This document shows, in pieces, positions 36,162-46,002 of a stretch of DNA of 57,870 nucleotides. The DNA lies in assembly GCA_050699055.1 (NCBI GenBank), contig JBOHCT010000001.1, positions 1 to 57,870 on the forward strand, in the 5' to 3' direction. The first letter of the stretch is position 1; each line of letters starts with the position of its first letter. The notes under the pieces are model-generated. The model did not search any database. It was given only the letters and a program-made list of their open reading frames with translations, and was not told where the DNA came from. Both the position numbers and the translations under genes were made by a program. The DNA is from Streptosporangiaceae bacterium. Lineage in GTDB: Bacteria; Actinomycetota; Actinomycetes; Streptosporangiales; JBOHCT01.

Positions 36162-36868
36162 CGGAACCTGTTCCCGAGCCTGCCGGGGAGACGATCCGCG
36201 TCGTGCTCGTCGACGATCAGGAGCTCGTACGCGCCGGGTTCCGGATGGTGCTCGACGCCCAGCCCGACCTGACCGTCGTCGCGGAGGCCGGTGACGGCGC
36301 CGAGGCGTTGCGGGAGTTGTCCGCGCACAATGCCGGTCATGATGCCGATGTCGTCCTCATGGACATCCGCATGCCCGGCATGGACGGTGTGGAAGCCACG
36401 CGGCGCATCTGCGCGGCGGACGGGGCGTCGCGGGTGCTCATCCTCACGACGTTCGACCTCGACGAGTACGCCTTCGCGGCACTGAAGGCGGGGGCGAGCG
36501 GTTTCATGCTGAAGGACGCGCCCCCGCCCGACCTGCTGTCCGCGATCCGGGCGGTGCATTCAGGGGACGCGGTCGTCGCGCCCAGTACGACCCGCAGGCT
36601 TCTCGACCATGTCGTGGTTCACCTGCCAACCGAGCAGCGACCGAGCCCCGCGGGGCTGGAGGTGCTGACGCCTCGCGAGCGGGAGGTGCTTGAGCTCGTC
36701 GCCCGCGGCCTGACCAACACCGAGATCGCCGAACGGCTGTACGTCTCCGAGGCCACCGTGAAGACCCACGTCGGCCGCATCCTGACCAAGCTCGACCTTC
36801 GGGATCGGGTGCAGGCGGTGGTCCTCGCGTACGAGTCCGGCCTGGTCGGGACCAGCCGAGCCGGGTAA
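36158..36868 (+). CDS. Response regulator, NarL/LuxR family
   Basis: REC domain IRVVLVDDQELVRAG...VLMDIRMPGMDG, C-terminal HTH LTPREREVLELVARGLTNTEIAERLYVSEATVKTHV. 4-nt overlap with the kinase. Confidence 0.92.
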   Translation: MTEPVPEPAGETIRVVLVDDQELVRAGFRMVLDAQPDLTVVAEAGDGAEALRELSAHNAGHDADVVLMDIRMPGMDGVEATRRICAADGASRVLILTTFDLDEYAFAALKAGASGFMLKDAPPPDLLSAIRAVHSGDAVVAPSTTRRLLDHVVVHLPTEQRPSPAGLEVLTPREREVLELVARGLTNTEIAERLYVSEATVKTHVGRILTKLDLRDRVQAVVLAYESGLVGTSRAG

Positions 36869-37258
36869 GGCGAACCTTCCTTCTTCACCACACTTCCGCG
36901 CGCGAAGTGTAGGTGATCCACTTCTCTGGGTAATCAGCGCTGGTGAGGAAAGATCGCGGGGTTTGCCCTTCCTGGTCCTGGGTCACGTACGGGGGCTGAC
37001 CCAGGGCCTCCGGGATTCCATCCGCTGAGACGCTCACCGTGCGGGGCGCTGGGCCGAACCGGTCCTGCGCCCTCGCGCGTTCCCGTGCCGGTTCAAGATC
37101 CGCGTTTGTGGTCGAAACGCGCAGAGTGCTCCCTTCCGGACCACGGATCGAGATCTTCGGTGGCCCGGCCTAGTGTCTGCGCACCAGACTGGGGGGAAAG
37201 GACTCGGGCGATGGCTCGTGCCCGACCGAGTCGATCACGAGAGCGAAAGGAGGTGCCC

Positions 37259-37801
37259 GTGAGCCAGCCGGCCAGGGCCCCGCTTCCGTACGACTTCCTT
37301 CCCCAGGTGTCGTCGTTCACCGTCGCGAGCGACGACGTCGCCCACGGCCAGCCGCTCCCGAACGGCCAGGTGTTCAACGGCATGGGAGCCGGGGGCGAGA
37401 ACGTGTCGCCGCACCTGCGTTGGGAAGGATCCCCCGGACAGCCGAGAAGTTTCGCCGTCACCTGCTTCGACCCGGACGCGCCGACCGGTAGCGGGTTTTG
37501 GCACTGGGTGCTGTTCGACATCCCGGCGGACGTGACCGAGCTGCCGAGGGGCGCGGGCAGCGGCGACATGCGCGGCCTGCCGGCGGGCGCCACGCACGGC
37601 CGCAACGACTTCGGTACCAAGGATTTTGGCGGTGCCGCGCCTCCTCCGGGTGATCCGCCGCACAGGTACGTCTTCGCCGTACACGCCCTCGACACCGACA
37701 GGCTGGGCGTCGACGACTCCGTCCCGCCCGCTCAGGTGGGTTTCAACCTGACCCCGCATACCGTCTCGCGGGGCATGATCATCCCCGTGTACGGCCGCTG
37801 A
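37259..37801 (+). CDS. YbhB/YbcL-family PEBP (Raf-kinase-inhibitor-like) protein
   Basis: GENVSPHLRWEG, CFDPDAPTGSGFWHWVLFDIP, GAAPPPGDPPHRYVFAVHAL. Start GTG 37259 (SD aaaggagg) or ATG 37211. Confidence 0.85.
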   Translation: MSQPARAPLPYDFLPQVSSFTVASDDVAHGQPLPNGQVFNGMGAGGENVSPHLRWEGSPGQPRSFAVTCFDPDAPTGSGFWHWVLFDIPADVTELPRGAGSGDMRGLPAGATHGRNDFGTKDFGGAAPPPGDPPHRYVFAVHALDTDRLGVDDSVPPAQVGFNLTPHTVSRGMIIPVYGR

Positions 37802-38089
37802 TCCCCTCGGGCCGGTCCCCTCGGGCGGCTGGTTGGCGGCGTCTGAGGGTTCGGGCCGCGGGTGGCGCGGTTGTTCGGACGCCGGCCGGCCGCGCTCCGC
37901 CTCGGGGCGGCGCCTGGCACTCGTTTCCTCCTCGAGGCTGACACCGACGATCGTCCGGCGGGTGGACGGGCCGCCGTCCGTCGGCGTCCCGGTGTACTTC
38001 GAAGATCGCACCTGGGGACGATGATGCGCACCCCGCGGCGCCCATAGCGTCGATGCGTTCCCCAATCGCGGACTCTCCGAGGAGGACAC

Positions 38090-38851
38090 TTGTCGACGCT
38101 CACAACGACGCACAGTGCCGTCACGGCCCGAGATGTCGTCAAGGTGTACGGGAGCGACGTCGCCGACGACACCGCCGAGACCGCGGTGACGGCCCTCGAC
38201 CACGTATCCGTCGCGTTCGCGGCGAGGACCTTCACCGCGATCATGGGACCGTCCGGGTCGGGCAAGTCCACATTGATGCACTGCCTCGCCGGTCTCGACA
38301 CCCTGACCTCCGGCTCCGTACGACTCGGCGACACCGAGCTCGCCGGCCTGCGGGACAAGCAACTCACCCTGCTGCGCCGCAGAAGGGTGGGCTTCGTGTT
38401 CCAAACGTTCAACCTCCTGCCGACACTGACCGCCGAGGAGAACATCCGACTGCCGCTCGACCTCGCGGGCGTGCGCGGGGACCGGCAATGGGTCGACCGC
38501 GTCATCGACACCCTCGGCCTGCGGGACCGGCTCACCCACAGGCCCGCCGAGCTCTCCGGCGGCCAGCAGCAGCGGGTCGCCTGCGCCAGGGCACTGGTCA
38601 CCCGCCCGGAGGTTGTCTTCGCGGACGAGCCCACGGGGAACCTCGACTCGAGGTCGAGCGCCGAGGTCCTTTCCTTCCTGCGGCTGTCCGTGCGCGAGCT
38701 CGGCCAGACGGTCGTCATGGTCACCCACGACGCGGTGTCGGCCAGCTACGCCGACCGGGTCGTCTTCCTTCGCGACGGCAGGCTGGTCAGCGAACTCCTC
38801 GAGCCGACCCCTGAGGACGTTCTGGACCGGCTGAAGAGGCTGGAGGTCTGA
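38090..38851 (+). CDS. ABC transporter ATP-binding protein (MacB/LolD-like)
   Basis: GPSGSGKST, LSGGQQQRVACARAL, VVFADEPTGNLD. TTG start with SD gaggagga. Confidence 0.9.
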   Translation: MSTLTTTHSAVTARDVVKVYGSDVADDTAETAVTALDHVSVAFAARTFTAIMGPSGSGKSTLMHCLAGLDTLTSGSVRLGDTELAGLRDKQLTLLRRRRVGFVFQTFNLLPTLTAEENIRLPLDLAGVRGDRQWVDRVIDTLGLRDRLTHRPAELSGGQQQRVACARALVTRPEVVFADEPTGNLDSRSSAEVLSFLRLSVRELGQTVVMVTHDAVSASYADRVVFLRDGRLVSELLEPTPEDVLDRLKRLEV

Positions 38852-38855
38852 GGGC

Positions 38856-41353
38856 GTGCTGCGGACCACACTCGCGAACCTGGGTGCCCACAAGGGTCGC
38901 CTGCTGCTGTCGTCGCTCGCGATCGCGCTCGGCGTCGCCTTCGTCGCGGGGACTCTGGTGTTCACCGGCGCGCTCAAGAACGCGTTCTTCGGCGCGTTCG
39001 CGGCCGACGTCGGCAAGGCGTCCGTCGTGGTCACCTCCACCGATCACGGGGACGTACCGTCCCGCATGCTGGACGACGTAGGAAAGGTGAATGGGGTGGC
39101 CGCGGCCGACGGCCAGGTCAGCGGCGGGGCGATGCTTGTCGATCCGCGCGGTCATCCGCTGGGCGGGCCCGCCGAAGCGCACGTGGTGAGCGTCCCGCGA
39201 TCCCCCGATCTGCGGTGGGAAGACGTCGTGCGAGGTCACCCGCCGCGGACGGCCGGTCAGGCCGTGCTCGACCTCGACACGGCGAAACGCGCCGGTCTGC
39301 ACGTCGGCGATCCCGTACGGGTGGCGACCGGGCCGCGCGAGAGCCGCACGCTCCGACTCGTCGGGCTGTCGACCTCGGCAACTCCCCGACATACGCGGGT
39401 GCGCCCTTCCTCGGTGTCACGGCCTCGCGCGCGAAGACGCTCACCGGGCAGCACGGGTACGTCCATGTCTCCGCGGCCGCCACTCCCGGCGTCTCCGACT
39501 CCTCACTCCGTGACCGGGTTGACGAGGCGCTCGGGTCCCGCTACACGGTGCGTACGGGGGACGAGCAGGCTCGCGTCGAGGTGCGTGACGCCTCGACGGC
39601 GCTCACCGGGGTGACGACCGCACTGCTGGCCTTCGCCGCGGTCGCGATGTTCGTCGCCGCGATCGTCATCGCCAACACGTTCGCGATCCTGCTCGCGGGG
39701 CGCACCCGCGAGCTCGCTCTGCTGCGCTGCGTCGGAGCGACCCGTGAGCAGGTGTTCCGCTCGGTGCTGCTGGAGTCGGCGGTCCTCGGGCTCGTGGGTT
39801 CCGTCGTCGGGGTGCTCCTGGGCTTCGGTTTCGCCGAGGGCGCTGGACTCGTCCTGTCCGCGGTGGTCGGAGGCTTTCCTATCGACGCGGTGCGCCCGTC
39901 TGTCGCCGCTGTCGTCGTGCCGCTCGTCGTCGGCGTCGTCGTCACCGTCGCCGCGGCGGTCCTGCCGGCACGGGCGGCGACGAGGGTGGCGCCGATCGCC
40001 GCGCTCCGGCAGCGCTCGGAGCGTACGGGTTCTCGCCGCGTCGGACTGATCCGCCTCATCGTCGCCACGATCGCTATCGCGGCCGGCACGGTGGCCCTGC
40101 TGCTCGGCACGCTGGTGGTGTCGTCCAACGGCGGGTTTATCGTCGCGTTCGTCGGTGGGGCCCTCGCGTTCGGCGGCATTCTGCTCGCCGGCCCCGTCGT
40201 CATCCCCCGGGCGATCCGGCTCGTCGGCTGGCTGCCGGGCCGGGTCTCGGGCGTGCCGGCACGGCTCGCGAGCCGAAACGCCGTGCGCAATCCCAGGCGC
40301 GCCGCGGCCACTACCTCCGCGTTGCTCGTCGGGGCGACACTGATCAGCCTGTTGACGGTCGCGTCCGTCACGCTGCGGACCAGCGTGACGACGACGCTCG
40401 ACGAGACGTACCCCGTGGACTATGTCGTGGGCACGCGTTCGGGACCGGTGCCACGCGACGTGGTCGAGGCGCTGCGGGACGAGCCGCGACTCGCGGCCGT
40501 CGCCACCCTCCACGAGGCCAAGGGACGGGTGGACGGCCACCGTGTCGGTATCGCGGGCGTCGACCCGAGCGCGCTCAGGAGAGTGACGGACGGCTACGCG
40601 ACGCTGCGCCACCTCCGCCCCGGCGAGGCGATCCTCGCGGAGGATCTCGCGCGGGAGCTGGGCGCCCATCCGGGCGACACCGTACGGGTCGACGGCGGAG
40701 GAGGCGCGAAGACGCTGACGGTTCGAGCGGTCGGCGACCTGCTGAACCGGAACAGCGCGCTCGCGACCACCCAACGCGACTTTGCTGGGCTGTTCGCGCA
40801 TCCATCGATCGCCACCGTCCTGGCGAAGGAGCGCGGCGATGTCGAGACGTCGGGCGTGACCGCGGCGATCGACCGCGCGACCGCGGGGTCCCCCAATGTC
40901 GTGGTGACCGGCGCCGCGGAGCTCAAGGCGTCGTATGAGAAGGTGCTCGACACCATGCTGCTCATCGTCAGCGCGTTGCTCGGCGTGGCTGTCCTGATCG
41001 CGTTCGTGGGCATCGCGAACACGCTCGCCCTCTCCGTCATCGAGCGCCGCCGCGAGTCCGCGCTGCTCCGGGCGCTGGGTCTCACCGGAGGACAGCTTCG
41101 GGCCATGTTCTCGGGCGAGGCGGTGCTGATGGCCGGTGTCGGCGGAGCACTGGGAGTGTGTCTCGGCGTCGTGTTCGGCTGGGCCGCGGTCGCGTCGCTG
41201 TTCCCGTCGTCGGTCGACGTCGTGCTGAGCGTGCCTGTGGCGCGGATGGTCCTGTTCGTGGTCGTGGCAGGCCTCGCCGGACTGATCGCCTCAGTCCTGC
41301 CCGCGCGTCGGGCGACACAGGCCCCGGTCGCGGCCGGGCTCGCCGAGGAGTAG
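38856..41353 (+). pseudogene. FtsX-family (MacB-like, two FtsX domains) ABC permease interrupted by an apparent 1-nt frameshift near 39365
   Basis: ORF 38856-39614 (N-terminus, TM1, extracytoplasmic domain) continues in ORF 39215-41353. Restoring one G in the run at 39364-39366 gives LRLVGAVDLGNSPTYAGAPF. FtsX motifs IANTFAILLAGRTRELALLRCVGAT and IANTLALSVIERRRESALLRALGLT. Confidence 0.7.
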
Positions 41354-41405
41354 GGCGCGGTACGCTGGCCAGCGTCCGGTACCCCAGTGGACTGGAACAC
41401 CGCAC

Positions 41406-42344
41406 ATGCGACACGAAGGCGGGGCGGGGGCGGGAGCCCGCGACGGGACGACGCATGACACGACCGACCGGCCGGGCCGGCTGGCCGTCGGGGTCGTGGG
41501 CGCTGGCCGGGCGGGCGCGATCCTCGGAGCCGCGCTCGCCCGGGCGGGTCACACGGTCGTCGCCGCTTCCGGCGACTCCGACAGATCCCGCCGATTGGCT
41601 GGGGAACATCTCCCCGACGTGCCGCTTGTCGAGCCGCGCGAGGTCGCGGCGCGCTCCCGGCTGGTGCTGCTCACCGTCCCCGACGACGTGCTCCCCGAGG
41701 TGGCCGCCGATCTCGCCGACCATCTTGCGGCCGGTACGCTCGTCGTCCACGCGGCGGGCCGGTACGGCATCGACGTCCTCGAGCCGGCCACGCGGCGCGG
41801 CGGCCTTCCGCTGGCGCTGCACCCGGTGATGACCTTCACCGGCCGGCCCGACGACCTCGCTCGTCTGGCCGGGTGTTTCTTCGGCGTGACCGCCCCCGAT
41901 CCGCTGCGCCCGATCGCGGAGGCGCTCGTCGTCGAGATGGGCGGCGAGCCGATGTGGGTGCCGGAGGGGCGCAGGGGTCTCTACCACGCCGCACTCGCGA
42001 ACGCCGCCAATCATCTGGTCACGCTCGTCGCCGACTCGGTCGAGCTGTTGCGCGAGGCCGGGGTCGCCGACCCCGCCCGGATGGTCGGGCCACTGCTCGG
42101 CGCGTCGCTCGACAACTCCCTGCGTTTCGGCATGGGCGCCCTCACCGGCCCCGTCGCGCGTGGCGACGCCGCCACCGTGGCCCGGCACGTCGAAGAGCTG
42201 CGGCGGGTGTCGACAGAGGCGACGGCCGCGTACGTCGCGATGGCCAGGTTGACCGCCGACCGAGCCCTCCAGGTAGGCCTGCTCGCACCGGAGGACGCGG
42301 AGCGACTGCTCGACGTGCTCGCCGGACCGGGGGCCCGGGCATGA
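41406..42344 (+). CDS. Rossmann-fold DUF2520 protein (conserved upstream partner of panC in actinobacteria)
   Basis: VGVVGAGRAGAILGAALARAGH dinucleotide-binding motif. ATGA overlap with panC. Confidence 0.7.
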   Translation: MRHEGGAGAGARDGTTHDTTDRPGRLAVGVVGAGRAGAILGAALARAGHTVVAASGDSDRSRRLAGEHLPDVPLVEPREVAARSRLVLLTVPDDVLPEVAADLADHLAAGTLVVHAAGRYGIDVLEPATRRGGLPLALHPVMTFTGRPDDLARLAGCFFGVTAPDPLRPIAEALVVEMGGEPMWVPEGRRGLYHAALANAANHLVTLVADSVELLREAGVADPARMVGPLLGASLDNSLRFGMGALTGPVARGDAATVARHVEELRRVSTEATAAYVAMARLTADRALQVGLLAPEDAERLLDVLAGPGARA

Positions 42345-43231
42345 TGGAGGTCGCCCGGACACGAGAAGAGCTGGCCAAGGCCCTCGTCATGCTGCGCTGC
42401 GGCTCGGACGGGGCGAACGCGTCGGTCGCGCTCGTGCCGACGATGGGCGCCCTGCACGCCGGGCACGTCTCGCTGATCCGCCTGGCCCGCGAGCTTGCCG
42501 ACCACGTGATCGTGAGCGTCTTCGTCAACCCGCTGCAGTTCGGACCGGGGGAGGACTACGAGCGGTACCCGCGCGCGTTCGACGCCGACCTGCGCACCTG
42601 CCGCGACGAGAAGGTGTCGCTGGTCTTCGCGCCTTCTGCCGAGGTCGTGTACCCCGAGCCGCAGCTGGTCGGTGTCGACCCCGGGCCGATGGGCGAGGCG
42701 TACGAGGGCGCGAGCAGGTCCGGCCACTTCAGTGGCGTGCTCACCGTGGTGATGAAGCTGTTCCAGCTCACCCGGCCGGACCTCGCCGTGTTCGGGCAGA
42801 AGGACGCCCAGCAGCTCGCACTCGTCCGCCGCATGGTTCGCGACCTGGACCTGCCTGTCCATGTCGTGGCGGGCGCAACCGTCCGCGACCCCGACGGACT
42901 TGCGGTCTCCAGCCGGAACGTGTACCTGTCCGCCGAGGAGCGTACGGCGGCACTCGCGCTGTCCCGCGCGCTGCGGGCCGGCGAGCGCGTGAGCGGCGGG
43001 GGGGCGTCGGCGGTCCGCGAGGCCGCGCTGTCGGTGCTTCGCGCCGAGCCGCGGCTGCTTCTCGACTACCTCGCGCTGGTCGAGCCGGAGACATTCGCCG
43101 ACGTCTCGGACGGTTACGAGGGGGAGGCGGTCTTGGCGGTCGCGGCCACTGTGGGTACGACCCATCTCATCGACAACGTTCCGGTCCGGGTCGACCGCCG
43201 ACCGGACCCTGACCCACCCTCGGTGGCCTGA
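42341..43231 (+). CDS. panC: Pantoate--beta-alanine ligase
   Basis: VPTMGALHAGHVSLI, VSVFVNPLQFGP, FGQKDAQQL, SSRN. Confidence 0.95.
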   Translation: MMEVARTREELAKALVMLRCGSDGANASVALVPTMGALHAGHVSLIRLARELADHVIVSVFVNPLQFGPGEDYERYPRAFDADLRTCRDEKVSLVFAPSAEVVYPEPQLVGVDPGPMGEAYEGASRSGHFSGVLTVVMKLFQLTRPDLAVFGQKDAQQLALVRRMVRDLDLPVHVVAGATVRDPDGLAVSSRNVYLSAEERTAALALSRALRAGERVSGGGASAVREAALSVLRAEPRLLLDYLALVEPETFADVSDGYEGEAVLAVAATVGTTHLIDNVPVRVDRRPDPDPPSVA

Positions 43232-44064
43232 TGCTGCTCACGATCGATGTCGGCAATACCCAAACCGTCCTCGGCCTTTTCGAGGGCGAGGAGCTCATCC
43301 GGTCGTGGCGGGTCAAGACCGATGCTCGCGACACCGCGGACGAGCTCGCGTTCCTCTGGCGGGGCCTGCTCGACGGCTACAAGGTCACGGGGATCTCGGC
43401 CTGCTCGACAGTCCCCGCGGTACTGCACGAGGTGCGTGCGCTCATCGAGCGCTACTACGTCGACCTGCCGGCCCTCATCGTCGAGCCGGGGGTCCGTACG
43501 GGCGTCCCGCTGCACTACGACAACCCGAAGGAGGTCGGCGCCGATCGCCTGATGAACACCCTCGCCGCCTACCATCTCTACGGCGGCCCGGCGATCGTCG
43601 TCGACTTCGGGACGTCGACGAACTTCGACGTCGTGTCGGCGAAGGGGGAGTTCCTCGGCGGGGCGCTCGCCCCTGGCATCGAGATCTCCGTCGACGCGCT
43701 GGCCCGCCGCGCGGCGCGGCTGCTCAAGGTCGAGGTCGCTCGACCGCGTTCCGTCATCGGAAAGAACACGGTCGAGGCCCTGCAGTCCGGCCTGCTGTAC
43801 GGCTTCGCGGGGCAGGTCGACGGCGTCGTGCGCCGGATCGTCGCGGAGCTCGGGGTGCCGGCGCGCGTGGTCGCTACCGGCGGGTTGGCTCCGATGGTCG
43901 TCGAGGAGAGCGAGACGATCGAGGGTCACGAGCCCGACCTCACGCTGATCGGCCTGCGCCTGGTCTACGAGCGCAACACCGCCCCCGCCCCCACCTCCGA
44001 CGCGGGACGCCCAGGACGCCCCCACCTCCCGCCGATCTTGAGGAAATCGGGGGGTTACTCGTGA
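43231..44064 (+). CDS. coaX: Type III pantothenate kinase
   Basis: MLLTIDVGNTQTV, GADR, VVDFGTSTNFDVV, ATGG. The last ~30 aa are non-conserved, and the final 11 codons plus the stop lie inside repeat copy B. Confidence 0.9.
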   Translation: MLLTIDVGNTQTVLGLFEGEELIRSWRVKTDARDTADELAFLWRGLLDGYKVTGISACSTVPAVLHEVRALIERYYVDLPALIVEPGVRTGVPLHYDNPKEVGADRLMNTLAAYHLYGGPAIVVDFGTSTNFDVVSAKGEFLGGALAPGIEISVDALARRAARLLKVEVARPRSVIGKNTVEALQSGLLYGFAGQVDGVVRRIVAELGVPARVVATGGLAPMVVEESETIEGHEPDLTLIGLRLVYERNTAPAPTSDAGRPGRPHLPPILRKSGGYS

Positions 44065-44093
44065 GTTAGCACCCGATAACTTCAAGATCGGCG
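44030..44093. repeat. 64-nt hairpin repeat, family 1, copy B
   Basis: cgccgatcttgaggaaatcggggggttactcgtgagttagcacccgataacttcaagatcggcg. Same length and architecture as copy A. The coaX stop TGA lies in its central palindrome. Confidence 0.85.
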
Positions 44094-44146
44094 AGGTACG
44101 GCGACACTAGGGTGGACACAGGAGTCATTCCGAAAGGAGGTGCGTC

Positions 44147-44431
44147 GTGGAGCTCTTGGATGACGCCGCGATCGAGGGTGGTGTGGCTAAGCTGCGGGGC
44201 TGGGCGCGCAGCGGCGACGCCATTGTCAAGGTCTACGAGCACAAGGACTTCCGCGAGGCGATCGGCTTCGTGGACAAGGTCGCGGATGCCGCGGAGGAGG
44301 CCGGTCATCACCCGGACATCGACATCCGGTGGAACAAGGTGACGATGTCGTTCACCACCCACGCGGCGGGCGGGCTCACCAAGAACGACTTCGCCATGGC
44401 GGGCAAGGTCGAGGAGATCGCGAAGGGCTGA
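44147..44431 (+). CDS. 4a-hydroxytetrahydrobiopterin dehydratase (pterin-4-alpha-carbinolamine dehydratase)
   Basis: 94 aa. F.EAIGFVDKVADAAEEAGHHPDIDIRWNKV. Confidence 0.85.
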   Translation: MELLDDAAIEGGVAKLRGWARSGDAIVKVYEHKDFREAIGFVDKVADAAEEAGHHPDIDIRWNKVTMSFTTHAAGGLTKNDFAMAGKVEEIAKG

Positions 44432-44453
44432 CGCGGCCCGGTAACCTCGGGGC

Positions 44454-45947
44454 GTGACCGATCACCCCTCGTACGACGATCTCCCGGAGCAGGCGCGCGT
44501 ACGGCGGGAGAAGCTCGATCGACTGCGTGCCGCCGGCGTCGATCCCTACCCCGTAGGCTTTCCACGTACAGTCTCGATCGGCGGCCTCAGGGAGCGGTAC
44601 CGGAGCCTGCCCGCGGACACCGGTACGGGCGAGCGGGTCGGCGTCGTCGGACGGGTCATGCTGTCACGCACCTCGGGGAAGCTGTGCTTCGCCACGATCC
44701 GCGACGGCACGGGCGACCTCCAGGTGATGGTCTCCCTCGACAGGATCGGGGCCGAGCACCTGGCTGCCTGGAAGCACGACGTCGACCTGGGCGACCACAT
44801 CGGCGTCGAGGGGGAAGTGATCACCTCACGCCGCGGCGAGCTGTCGGTCCTGGCCGAGCGGTACGCGATCATCTCCAAGGGCCTGCGTCCGCTGCCGGAG
44901 AAGCACAGAGGCCTCGCCGACCTCGAGGCGCGGGTGCGCCAGCGCTACGTCGACCTGATCGTCAACCCGGAGTCTCGCCGCATGCTGGAGATCCGCAGCG
45001 CGTCCGTACGGGCCCTGCGGGACTCCATGGAGGGCCGCGGCTTCCTCGAGGTGGAGACGCCGATGCTCCAGGCGATCCACGGCGGGGCGAACGCCAGGCC
45101 GTTCGCCACCCATATCAACGCCTACGACATGCCGCTCTACCTGCGCATCGCCGTCGAGCTGTATCTCAAGCGGCTCGTCGTCGGCGGCGTCGAGCGGGTC
45201 TTCGAGATCGGCCGCGACTTCCGCAACGAGGGCGTCGACTCGAGCCACAACCCCGAGTTCACCATGCTCGAGTGCTACCAGGCGTACGCCGACTACGACG
45301 TCATGCAGACCCTCACCCGGGAGCTGATCCAGGAAGCGGCGCGGAAGGCGTACGGCTCGACCGTCGTGCGCCACGCCGACGGGACCGAGCACGACCTCGG
45401 CGGACAGTGGCGGACCCGCCCGGTCCACGAGGCGGTCGGCGATGCCCTCGGTGAGGAGGTCACCCCCGACACGCCCGCCGAGCGGCTGCGCGAGTTGTCC
45501 GCGAAGGCCGACGTCCCGCTCGACCCGTCGTGGGGCCGCGGCGACGTCCTGCTGGAGATGTACGAGCGGCTCGTTGAGGAGCGCACCGTCGAGCCGACGT
45601 TCTACCGCGACTTCCCGACCGAGGTCTCCCCGCTCACTCGACAGCACCGTAAGGACCCGCGGCTCGCGGAGCGTTGGGACCTGGTGGCCTTCGGCGCGGA
45701 GATCGGCACGGCGTACTCCGAGCTGGTCGACCCGGTCGAGCAGCGTCGCCGGCTCACCGAGCAGTCGCTGCGCGCCGCGGGCGGCGACGCCGAGGCCATG
45801 CAGCTCGACGAGGATTTCCTGCGGGCACTCGAGTACGGCATGCCGCCGACCGGCGGCATGGGCATGGGGGTCGAGCGGATGCTGATGATGTTCACCGGAG
45901 CGAACATCCGCGAGACGATCCTCTTCCCGCTCGTCCGCCCGGAGTAG
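44454..45947 (+). CDS. lysS: Lysine--tRNA ligase (class II)
   Basis: OB-fold N-domain, class II motifs FLEVETPMLQ, FEIGRDFRNEG, GGMGMGVERMLM. Confidence 0.95.
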   Translation: MTDHPSYDDLPEQARVRREKLDRLRAAGVDPYPVGFPRTVSIGGLRERYRSLPADTGTGERVGVVGRVMLSRTSGKLCFATIRDGTGDLQVMVSLDRIGAEHLAAWKHDVDLGDHIGVEGEVITSRRGELSVLAERYAIISKGLRPLPEKHRGLADLEARVRQRYVDLIVNPESRRMLEIRSASVRALRDSMEGRGFLEVETPMLQAIHGGANARPFATHINAYDMPLYLRIAVELYLKRLVVGGVERVFEIGRDFRNEGVDSSHNPEFTMLECYQAYADYDVMQTLTRELIQEAARKAYGSTVVRHADGTEHDLGGQWRTRPVHEAVGDALGEEVTPDTPAERLRELSAKADVPLDPSWGRGDVLLEMYERLVEERTVEPTFYRDFPTEVSPLTRQHRKDPRLAERWDLVAFGAEIGTAYSELVDPVEQRRRLTEQSLRAAGGDAEAMQLDEDFLRALEYGMPPTGGMGMGVERMLMMFTGANIRETILFPLVRPE

Positions 45948-46002
45948 ATCCCCTCTGCTATCGGTCCCGAGTGTCCCTCCTCTCGCGCCGACGGGGTGGG
46001 GG

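Noticed and set aside
36945-36952. gaggaaag resembling the RNase P RNA conserved GAGGAAAGUCC
   Set aside because: The match ends after 8 nt (followed by atcgc), and there is no surrounding P4/P10-12 architecture.
37088-37102. tRNA T-arm-like ggttcaagatcc
   Set aside because: No acceptor, D or anticodon arms can be folded around it. It belongs to the family 1 repeat arm.
37803-37827. Direct repeat tcccctcgggc x2 (14-bp period) just after the PEBP stop
   Set aside because: It is too short and GC-rich to distinguish from chance. At most it forms two tiny ccc/ggg hairpins, and there are no further copies in the window.
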